DNA of 10,611 nucleotides from Fibrobacterota bacterium (GCA_043753995.1 JAYUVP010000236.1:1-10611), one strand, 5' to 3'; shown: positions 1-7,068, counted from the stretch's first letter. Translations and numbers: made by a program. The notes: generated from the letters alone by a model not told the origin.

Positions 1-257
1 CTAAGCTTGGGGTGCTTGAGCTTGCCCGCATAGCCGAATTCCAAAGTGTATTTCCACTCAGGATGATTGCGCCGACGTGAATCGAGCGACTTGCGCAAAA
101 TACGCACGTCGCGAATGAGCTGGGCTTTAACCCGCAAAAGCCGACCTATCGCCGCAGCCCAATCTCCGCCCTCGTCGGTAGATCCGGGAAGCATGGGCAA
201 TTCATGCAGGACGTAGCGTGTCAGGGATTCAGATGGGGGGAGTTGGGAAGCGTTCAT
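1..257 (-). CDS. N-terminal part of a probable FAD-dependent oxidoreductase (COG2509-like), truncated by the window edge
   Basis: Not in the ORF track. Manual translation from ATG at 257 is open to the edge: MNASQLPPSESLTRYVLHELPMLPGSTDEGGDWAAAIGRLLRVKAQLIRDVRILRKSLDSRRRNHPEWKYTLEFGYAGKLKHPKL. 'ILRKSLDSRR..P.WKYTL' resembles the '(K/R)SxDARxK...xY' N-terminal motif of COG2509 proteins. It is co-oriented 50 nt downstream of rlmH. The GxGxxG FAD motif would lie outside the window. Confidence 0.65.
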   Translation of the reverse strand, partial: MNASQLPPSESLTRYVLHELPMLPGSTDEGGDWAAAIGRLLRVKAQLIRDVRILRKSLDSRRRNHPEWKYTLEFGYAGKLKHPKL

Positions 258-307
258 AATGAGGGCCGGGTGTTTTAACCGGCAACTATTTCGGTGTAAG
301 AATCAAT

Positions 308-784
308 TTAATGATGATAGGGCAATCTTCGCTGTATGCAAAGGGCTCGATAAAGCTGCTCTAGCACCAGGAAACGGGCCATTTCATGGGTGAAAGTCAT
401 GGCTCCCAAGCTAAGGCGATGCTCGCAGTCGCGTTTGAATTCCGGAGCAAGGCCATGGGAAGAGCCTAGGACCCAGGTCAGGACGCGGGTGCTTTCATTT
501 TCGCGCTTGGCTAGCCACTCGGAAAGTCCCTCAGACGACAGGGTTTGGCCTTGAGCGTCCCAGCAGGCCCAGGCCATAAGCTTGCCCGTCTCGGGGGCTT
601 CGGCCTTGCGGCGCAGGGCCACGGCCTCATCCTGCAAACGTTTGTCACCTTCGCGAGCCTTACCGTCACGGATTTCGATCAAGTCGAAGGGCAAGACATG
701 CTTCACTCGCGCGGCGAAATCGGCGCATAAAGCCTTGAGATGCGGATTCGACATGGACCCGATGACCATCAAGCGCAATTTCAT
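308..784 (-). CDS. rlmH: 23S rRNA (pseudouridine-1915-N3)-methyltransferase RlmH (SPOUT family)
   Basis: 158 aa. Motifs: MKLRLMVIG start, D.QG..LSSE, LGSSHGL, LSLGAMTFTHEMARFLVLEQLYRA and C-terminal PYHH (canonical PYHR/K). The start overlaps the helicase stop (ATGA, 781-784). Confidence 0.95.
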   Translation of the reverse strand: MKLRLMVIGSMSNPHLKALCADFAARVKHVLPFDLIEIRDGKAREGDKRLQDEAVALRRKAEAPETGKLMAWACWDAQGQTLSSEGLSEWLAKRENESTRVLTWVLGSSHGLAPEFKRDCEHRLSLGAMTFTHEMARFLVLEQLYRALCIQRRLPYHH

Positions 785-2823
785 GCGGCGGAGGATCCGA
801 AAAGATTGGCCACGGAACTGAAAAAATCTGCCAAGAAGGCTTGTTTTTCCTGCTCTTGTTTTTGGCCCAAAGGGCCATCCCAGCAGGCCTCGGGAATGTC
901 AAAAAGGAAACGGCAAGGTACAACTTCACGCACGACCCGATAGTGCACCTTGGTCTTGGGCCAGGACAAATAAAGGCGGCGGCGAGCGCGGGTTAAGGCC
1001 ACATAGAATAGGCGGCGCTCTTCAGCGATACCGGTATCGGTGTGATTGGGCTTAGAGGGAAAGACATCGTCGTCCAAGGTCGGCACGAAAACCGTGTCCC
1101 ATTCCAAACCTTTTGCGGCATGCACGGTCAAAAGGCGCACACCGGGCTGGCGATCCTCATTGTCTTCGATTTGGGTTTCCAAGGCGAGGGCGCTGATATG
1201 ATCGAGTAGGCTGGCGGTAGGATGCCGCTTTTCTCGCTGGGCGAATAGGCGCAAAAATTCTTCGATACGCTCGCGCTTACGGCCGCCCTCCTCGAAGGCG
1301 GCAAGCAAACCGGCACGAGTGATCAATTCGCGCAATGGCGCTACGAAGGCACCAGGTTTTTGTTCCAGGGCGGCGGTTTGAATAGACGCGATAAGTTCGA
1401 GCGTAGGTGGGCACCAGGCATCCCCGCGCGTGTCCAAGAGTTGCTTGAGGCCAGCCAATAGGGTGCTGTCCTCATGACGTGTCACTTGCTGCAAAAGGCC
1501 TTTGGGAACGCCTCGTTTAGGAAAGGTCAGGACGCGGGCCAGGGCCAATTCGTCATCCGCATCAGCCATGATTTTGGCATAGGCCAATACGGCCTCGACT
1601 TCGGGAAAATCCAGCAAACTATCGGCGCCCCGCACTGCATAGGGGATACCATTCGCTAGGCACAATTCCATCCACTCGCGCAATTGCTGATTGGTGCGCG
1701 TGAGCAGGGCGACCTTTCGTAAATCAAGGCCTTCTTGATCGCGAATATGCTTCAACCTCTCGACCAGCCAATCTTGTTCGCCCTTTTCGTCGTCAGCGAC
1801 GAAATGGTTTAAAGGTTCGCCTGCATCGCGATCGGTGAAAACGCGCTTGGCGCGCCGCTGGGTGTTTTTCTCGACCACGGCATTAGAGGCCGTAATGATA
1901 TGGCCCGTCGAGCGATAATTTTGCTCCAACTTGAAAAGGTTGGCCTGGCGAAAATGGCTTTCGAAGAGCAGCACATTTTGCATGTCGGCACCGCGCCAGC
2001 CATAAATGCTTTGATCGTCATCCCCCACCACAAAAACTCGTGAATCCGGACCGGCAAGCAAGCGGAGTATTTCCAACTGACTTTGACTCGTGTCCTGAAA
2101 CTCATCGACCAGCCAATGCGTCCATTCACGGCGGCAAGCCTCCAGGGGTTCGCCGCCAACGCGGAAAAGTTTCAAGGGCATTTGCAACAAGTCCTCGAAA
2201 TCGACTGCGCAAGCCTTGTGTTTTTGCTTTTCATACCCTTTCCAAATGCGGCCAAGACGGCTTCCGAAAGGGGTGTCGTCGGGGCATTCCTCGGGAAGCA
2301 TTCCCCTATCCTTGAAACGCGACACCGTATCGGCCAATTCGAAAGGATCGAATTTCTGATTGCGAGCGAAACCGTCGCCGGCCTGCCCCATGAGCAAGGC
2401 GATGCGGCCATGGGTATCGAGCACCTTGGGGGGATCGACAAATCCCAATTCTTTATGAAAGCGCTTTACGATGCGCAGGCCGAGAGCATGAAAGGTACCG
2501 AGAAAAACATCTTCCAGACCCTTGGCCGTATGCGCCAAACGCGTGTCCATTTCGCGGGCGGCCTTGGTGCTAAAGGTCAAGGCGCAAATGCGGCCAGGGT
2601 CAATGCCATGTTCCGCAGCATGATGAAGGATGCGGGCGATGAGAACACGGGTTTTGCCCGAACCCGCCGCCGCTAAAACCAGCACGGGGCCTTCTGGCGC
2701 CGCTACAGCATCCCTTTGAGCGGAATTCAACTCCGCATTCACGGCCCAGGAAGCTCGCTTCCAAGTGGGTCTTAGGACGGCTGGATCGGGAGGAGGTGCT
2801 TTGACCTTGGACTTACGGACCAC
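781..2823 (-). CDS. SF1A ATP-dependent DNA helicase, UvrD/Rep/PcrA family (Rep-like C-terminus)
   Basis: Q motif LNSAQ, Walker A AAAGSGKT, Ia LTFSTKAAREM, Ib GTFHALG, Walker B VDEFQD, III VGDDDQSIYGWRGA, IV LEQNYRS, V TVHAAKGLEW, VI EERRLFYVALTRAR. GTG start at 2823 lies 5 nt after the upstream stop. An alternative in-frame GTG is at 2742. Confidence 0.95.
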   Translation of the reverse strand: MVRKSKVKAPPPDPAVLRPTWKRASWAVNAELNSAQRDAVAAPEGPVLVLAAAGSGKTRVLIARILHHAAEHGIDPGRICALTFSTKAAREMDTRLAHTAKGLEDVFLGTFHALGLRIVKRFHKELGFVDPPKVLDTHGRIALLMGQAGDGFARNQKFDPFELADTVSRFKDRGMLPEECPDDTPFGSRLGRIWKGYEKQKHKACAVDFEDLLQMPLKLFRVGGEPLEACRREWTHWLVDEFQDTSQSQLEILRLLAGPDSRVFVVGDDDQSIYGWRGADMQNVLLFESHFRQANLFKLEQNYRSTGHIITASNAVVEKNTQRRAKRVFTDRDAGEPLNHFVADDEKGEQDWLVERLKHIRDQEGLDLRKVALLTRTNQQLREWMELCLANGIPYAVRGADSLLDFPEVEAVLAYAKIMADADDELALARVLTFPKRGVPKGLLQQVTRHEDSTLLAGLKQLLDTRGDAWCPPTLELIASIQTAALEQKPGAFVAPLRELITRAGLLAAFEEGGRKRERIEEFLRLFAQREKRHPTASLLDHISALALETQIEDNEDRQPGVRLLTVHAAKGLEWDTVFVPTLDDDVFPSKPNHTDTGIAEERRLFYVALTRARRRLYLSWPKTKVHYRVVREVVPCRFLFDIPEACWDGPLGQKQEQEKQAFLADFFSSVANLFGSSAA

Positions 2824-2828
2824 GTCCG

Positions 2829-3557
2829 TTACCGACCTTCGGCAAGCCGATTGATCAGGAATTCGGCGAAGTCGAGTTTGCGCATACGCTCTTGCGTCCC
2901 GGGAATATCATAAGGCACACGGAGGATTTGCACCGTCATTTCCTTGGTATCGCAAAGGCTCCAGCTCGCCAGGGGAATGCGATCGCGGGGCTGCCCCACA
3001 CTGCCCACATTGACCAAGACACGCTGATTGGCCACGAGCTTATGCGAAAGGGTTTCCGAAACCCAGAAGCTCTGATCGTTTTCCATCACCACGATGGAGG
3101 GAAAGTGCGTGTGTCCCACAAAGCAAATGCGTTCGCTGAAAAAGGAAAAGGCGTCGATGGCATCGTCAAAGCTGGTGATATAGTACCAGTCCACCGGCGA
3201 ACGCGGGCTGGCATGCACGAAGGTGAGAGGCGCCTCGTCCACAACGTAGGGCAGTTTGTCCAGAAATTGGCGCGAGCCTTCGCTCAAATTTTCCTTGGTC
3301 CACTCGATGGCCTTGCGCGCATAGAAATTGAAGTTCTCGGAGGATTCGCGGCCTAGGGCCACGGAATCGTGATTGCCGAGCAAGGTGATTTGGCTTTTGT
3401 CCCGGATTAAATCCACGCATTCATTTGGACTAGGTCCATAACCCACCGCATCCCCAAGGCAAACCTTGCGCTCTACCCCATGGGCATCCATGGATTCAAG
3501 CACGCTGGTGAGCGCTTCATAGTTGCTGTGTATATCGCTGAATATGCCGTAGCGCAT
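2829..3557 (-). CDS. Calcineurin-like metallophosphoesterase (MJ0912/ApaH-like, COG0639-type)
   Basis: All metal-binding motifs are present: SDIHSN, GDAVGYGP, GNHD, VHASP, GHTH. Also has the subfamily motifs NVGSVGQPRD and RVPYD...RLAEGR. 242 aa. Confidence 0.93.
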   Translation of the reverse strand: MRYGIFSDIHSNYEALTSVLESMDAHGVERKVCLGDAVGYGPSPNECVDLIRDKSQITLLGNHDSVALGRESSENFNFYARKAIEWTKENLSEGSRQFLDKLPYVVDEAPLTFVHASPRSPVDWYYITSFDDAIDAFSFFSERICFVGHTHFPSIVVMENDQSFWVSETLSHKLVANQRVLVNVGSVGQPRDRIPLASWSLCDTKEMTVQILRVPYDIPGTQERMRKLDFAEFLINRLAEGR

Positions 3558-3596
3558 GCAAGCTCGTGGACGGATATAGTTTAGAATACTTCAAGT

Positions 3597-3604
3597 CAAA
3601 AATA
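3597..3604 (-). promoter_or_regulatory. Candidate promoter element (TAnnTTTG) for the metallophosphoesterase-helicase-rlmH operon
   Basis: The minus strand reads TATTTTTG, about 40 nt upstream of ATG 3557, in the AT-rich divergent spacer. An overlapping TTGACT (3599-3594) offers an alternative sigma70 -35 reading. Confidence 0.35.
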
Positions 3605-3611
3605 CATCACC

Positions 3612-3641
3612 TTGTTTCCTCGCATTGCAGCGTTTTATAAT
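3612..3641 (+). promoter_or_regulatory. Sigma70-like promoter for the HD-GYP gene, probably leaderless
   Basis: TTGTTT (3612-3617), 18 nt, then a perfect TATAAT (3636-3641). Only GGGCC lies before ATG 3647, with no Shine-Dalgarno. Confidence 0.6.
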
Positions 3642-3646
3642 GGGCC

Positions 3647-5605
3647 ATGCCCTCGGCACCGGATTCGCACCAAGCACCTAAAGTGGTGTGGATTCACAAT
3701 TTCACTGCCCTTAAATTGCCTGTAACCTTATCGGCCCCCTTGAGGCTGAACGAAGAAAAGCTGTCCCGGGTCACCGAGGCCCTCCCTTTTTCCATTCTGC
3801 TTATCGAAGGCTCCACCCTGGAAGACCAGGGCGATTATGACTTGCTCTTCCAGTATGTCGCCGTCATTTTCAGGCCTCAAACCGAAGCAGAAACCTTGCC
3901 CGCTTGGGTGGATTTTCGCCTGCCTCCCGAGCCCAGCCCGGCCGACATCAGCATTGCTTTGGAGCATAGTTTGCGGGTCTTGCAGCTTAAGGAAGACCGC
4001 CTGACCTTGCATAATTCCGCCGCGGTGATCGAGACTCGCAATCGCCAGCTCAATCAAATCGGCATTGCCCTGATGGGCGAAAAAAATCTGGACCGCTTGC
4101 TGCAATTGATTTTGGAAAAGGCCATGGCCTTGACCGGCAGCGATGCGGGTTGCCTATATCTCGTTGAAACCCGTCCGGGAGCGCGCGAACAGGACCATGA
4201 TTTTTGGGCAAATCGCCAAATTCGCTTTAAATTGACGCGTAATCTTTCGGTTCCCGCCCCCTTCGAAGAAGTCGCGGTTCCAGCGACGCGCAGCTCCATT
4301 GTGGGCTTTGCCATGTTATCGGGCAAGCCTTTGAATATTCCCGACGTTTATCGCATTGACCAAAGAGAGGCCTATCGCCACAATCATGGCTTTGATCAAA
4401 CCTCAGGCTATGTGACGAGGTCCATGCTGACCTTGCCCATGAAGGACAAGCAGGGATCGGTTATCGGGGCCATTCAACTCATCAATAAATGTCGGTGGCG
4501 CAACCAGTCCATAGTCTCCGTCGAGGTGGCCGACGACCAAGTCGTAGCCTATCGGCAAGAGGACATGGACATTTCCCTTTCCCTGGCTTCCCAGGCCGCC
4601 GTGGCCATAGTCAATGCCCAACACGAGGAAGAAATAAAAAGCCTTTTCGAAGGCTTCATCACCGCCAGTGTGGTCGCCATCGAATCCCGCGACCCTACCA
4701 CCTCCGGCCATAGTCATCGCGTAGGAGCCTATTCGGTACGCTTAGCCCAATGCGTCGAGCGCCATGCCCACGGCACCTATCGCGATACGCGTTTTCAATC
4801 CCAGGATTTGCGTGAATTACGCTATGCCGCCCTCTTGCATGATTTCGGGAAAATCGGTGTGCGAGAACATATTCTCACCAAGGCCAAGAAACTCTTCCCT
4901 GATGAAATGGAGCGCATACAACTCAGACTGGAGCATGTCGCAACATGCATGCGCTGGCAAACCGATCGAAACAAACTAAGACTGCTACTCGATTCCCCGG
5001 GCGAAGATCCTCACCGGCTTTTTTCCGATTTGGATACCGCCCTTCTACGTCGCCTGGAAGACCTGGAAGAATTGAAGGCCTTTATGCGGCGTACCAATGA
5101 GCCCTATCCCCTCACGGGTGGGGATCAAGAGCGATTGCAAAGCCTGGTTTTAACACCGTTTTTTGATCCCGATGGTCGCACCGTGGCTCTCCTTCAGCCC
5201 GAGGAAATGCTTAGGTTATCCATTCCCAGGGGAACTCTAAGCCAAGAAGAACGCGCCGAAATCGAATCGCATGTCACCCACACCTATCGCTTTTTAAGCC
5301 GCATACCCTGGACGCGCGACTTGAAGCGGGTTCCCGACATCGCCCATGCCCATCATGAAAAACTCGACGGTACCGGCTACCCAAGAAACCTAAGCCAATC
5401 GGAAATCCCCGTGGCGGCGAAAATCATGACGGTTTGCGATATTTACGATGCCCTGGCGGCATCCGATAGGCCTTATAAAAAGGCCATGCCTCCGGAAAAA
5501 GCCCTAGCCATTTTGCATGATGAGGTCAAAACGGGCAAGCTCGACTTGGAATTAGTGGAAATCTTTATTGCCGCTGAAGTTTATCGCATGCCGACAGGAA
5601 ATTGA
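3647..5605 (+). CDS. GAF + HD-GYP cyclic-dinucleotide phosphodiesterase with degenerate receiver-like N-terminus
   Basis: GAF motifs: DAGCLYL, IPDVY, FDQTSGYVTRSMLTLPM, GAIQLINK, LASQAAVAI. HD-GYP motifs: IESRDPTTSGHSHRV, LHDFGKIG (H398-D399), HHEKLDGTGYP (H569-P579), CDIYDAL, DRPYKK. 652 aa. Confidence 0.93.
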   Translation: MPSAPDSHQAPKVVWIHNFTALKLPVTLSAPLRLNEEKLSRVTEALPFSILLIEGSTLEDQGDYDLLFQYVAVIFRPQTEAETLPAWVDFRLPPEPSPADISIALEHSLRVLQLKEDRLTLHNSAAVIETRNRQLNQIGIALMGEKNLDRLLQLILEKAMALTGSDAGCLYLVETRPGAREQDHDFWANRQIRFKLTRNLSVPAPFEEVAVPATRSSIVGFAMLSGKPLNIPDVYRIDQREAYRHNHGFDQTSGYVTRSMLTLPMKDKQGSVIGAIQLINKCRWRNQSIVSVEVADDQVVAYRQEDMDISLSLASQAAVAIVNAQHEEEIKSLFEGFITASVVAIESRDPTTSGHSHRVGAYSVRLAQCVERHAHGTYRDTRFQSQDLRELRYAALLHDFGKIGVREHILTKAKKLFPDEMERIQLRLEHVATCMRWQTDRNKLRLLLDSPGEDPHRLFSDLDTALLRRLEDLEELKAFMRRTNEPYPLTGGDQERLQSLVLTPFFDPDGRTVALLQPEEMLRLSIPRGTLSQEERAEIESHVTHTYRFLSRIPWTRDLKRVPDIAHAHHEKLDGTGYPRNLSQSEIPVAAKIMTVCDIYDALAASDRPYKKAMPPEKALAILHDEVKTGKLDLELVEIFIAAEVYRMPTGN

Positions 5606-5617
5606 GCACTCCAAACC

Positions 5618-5648
5618 TAGGCATTCAGGCCAAGGTGTATTAACTTTG
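5618..5648 (+). promoter_or_regulatory. Candidate promoter of tRNA-Glu
   Basis: TAGGCA (5618-5623), 17 nt, then TAACTT(TG) (5641-5648), ending 16 nt before the tRNA 5' end. It fits both a TAnnnT -10 and the TAnnTTTG element. Confidence 0.55.
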
Positions 5649-5664
5649 CCTACCCTTCTGCCAC

Positions 5665-5740
5665 GTTCCCATCGTCTAGTGGCCTAGGACATTGCCCTTT
5701 CACGGCAGTAACAGGGGTTCAAATCCCCTTGGGAACGCCA
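5665..5740 (+). tRNA. tRNA-Glu (anticodon UUC)
   Basis: 76-nt cloverleaf. Acceptor stem GTTCCCA/TGGGAAC; D arm GTCTAGTGGCCTAGGAC; anticodon stem TTGCC/GGCAG with loop CT-TTC-AC (anticodon 5699-5701); T arm AGGGG-TTCAAAT-CCCCT; discriminator G and encoded CCA. Confidence 0.98.
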
Positions 5741-5777
5741 CTTTTCTTCTCCCCTCCGCCCTACCCCTTTCTATACC

Positions 5778-7019
5778 CTATCCTGACTTCCTGGCTTCTT
5801 GTAAAGCCTTGGTCCCGGGTTTCTGCGGCGGCACTAAACCTGCGGGTGTCGTCCCCAAATAGGGAGTGAAGCGCCATGCCCAAACGGCAAACCCCAGCAT
5901 CATGCTAAGGGTGGCCGCAATCAGCATGGGATTGCGAAGGCTAAGCCAAAAATCGGCACCAAGGCGCAGTATTATTCCCAGCGCGAAAAACGGTCCCCAA
6001 TACCAGGCCCAAGAAGCCGAATCCACCAACAAGGCGGGCACACCGCCATGGCCGGCAACCACGCGGGAAGCAACCGCTAGCGTCAATCCCCCATAGCCTC
6101 CGATGAAAACCAAATGCAGCCAGGCTAGGCGATGCACGGGATCGGCCATGGCAAGGCCAAGCCCCAGGGCAATGCCATAAAGCCCGAAACGCGCGCCCTG
6201 CAAATAGGGCGGTATTTTCCAAACGACGCGATGCAAGCCGATGACGGGAAACAAAACCAAGGCAATAGCCCCGAAGCGCAGGGCATAACTGATTCGCATC
6301 ATCGCCAAGGTTTCGCGATGCAGCCCAGTGGCGCTTTCCAACCAGCAACTCGTGAAAATCAACAAGGCAATGCTAACCCAAAAAAGGCGACTCGAAAACC
6401 AGGGCTTGGGCACATGGGGTCGTTCGTAAAGAAAAAACCGTGGCAATAAAAAGCTACCGACTCCGAGTATGAGCAATAGCGGAAAAGCTTGATACTGTAG
6501 GCTATATCCAAGGAGTACGGGCGAAGCACCGAAGAAAGTAAAGGACTCCGCCCGAAATTGCGTCGCCAAAAGGAAAGCCGTCCCCGCGAAATCCGCCAAT
6601 AGGGCTGCGGCAATGAGAAGAAAGGACGGCGGTGGCTTTTGCCCACGCCGGGGAAAACGTAAGCCCAGCAAAATCAAAACATAGGCCATCAATAGGCCGT
6701 GCAGGATTTGCGCCAGGCCCGGACCCCAAATTAGAAGCGCCACGGTTTGCAAAACTAAGAGGGTGGGTATGGGATAAAAACTCCAGGCAGACCAAGGCGG
6801 CAAAGCCAAAACCTTGGGTAGCATGGTCAATAAAAACCCAAGGATGAAAGCCAGCAAATAACCTTGGATTTGCAATAAAGCATGACTGCTTCCTGGATAC
6901 GCGAATCCGGAAAGGCCAAATAAAAAGGGCAACCAAATCCCCAAGCCCACACAAGCGCCTATTAGGCCGATGGGAAAGAGAAGACGATAGGGTTCCTTAA
7001 TCACATTCAAGTACTGCAT
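5778..7019 (-). CDS. nnrS: NnrS family multi-pass membrane protein (nitrosative-stress associated)
   Basis: 413 aa with roughly 12 hydrophobic segments. EPYRLLFP (cf. PFRPFF), H...GY..AFILGFLLTMLP (cf. H.M.FG...GFLLTA.P) and LHLVFIGG.G..TLAVASRVVAGHGG (cf. H....G.....M.R..LGHTG) match NnrS. A GAGG/GGGG SD-like sequence precedes the ATG. Confidence 0.8.
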   Translation of the reverse strand: MQYLNVIKEPYRLLFPIGLIGACVGLGIWLPFLFGLSGFAYPGSSHALLQIQGYLLAFILGFLLTMLPKVLALPPWSAWSFYPIPTLLVLQTVALLIWGPGLAQILHGLLMAYVLILLGLRFPRRGQKPPPSFLLIAAALLADFAGTAFLLATQFRAESFTFFGASPVLLGYSLQYQAFPLLLILGVGSFLLPRFFLYERPHVPKPWFSSRLFWVSIALLIFTSCWLESATGLHRETLAMMRISYALRFGAIALVLFPVIGLHRVVWKIPPYLQGARFGLYGIALGLGLAMADPVHRLAWLHLVFIGGYGGLTLAVASRVVAGHGGVPALLVDSASWAWYWGPFFALGIILRLGADFWLSLRNPMLIAATLSMMLGFAVWAWRFTPYLGTTPAGLVPPQKPGTKALQEARKSG

Positions 7020-7048
7020 ATTGACCCCGCCTCAAAGGAAAACCATTT

Positions 7049-7068
7049 AATAGACTTTTTTGTCTATT
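7049..7068. promoter_or_regulatory. Palindromic operator-like site upstream of nnrS
   Basis: Perfect inverted repeat AATAGAC-TTTTTT-GTCTATT, 29 nt upstream of the nnrS ATG, immediately downstream of a candidate -10. Confidence 0.7.

Noticed and set aside
265..283. Hairpin GCCGG-N9-CCGGC between rlmH and the next gene as a terminator
   Set aside because: Only a 5-bp stem with no U-tract. Too weak to call.
2083..2676. 197-aa plus-strand ORF (and 2040..2315, 1474..1659)
   Set aside because: Antisense shadows of the well-conserved helicase, with no recognisable motifs.
2892..3356. 154-aa plus-strand ORF
   Set aside because: Entirely antisense to the metallophosphoesterase. Typical shadow ORF in GC-rich DNA.
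3728..4979. Several 70-125 aa alternative-frame ORFs inside the HD-GYP gene
   Set aside because: Fully nested in a conserved CDS with no independent signals. The same applies to the nested ORFs within nnrS and the glycosidase.
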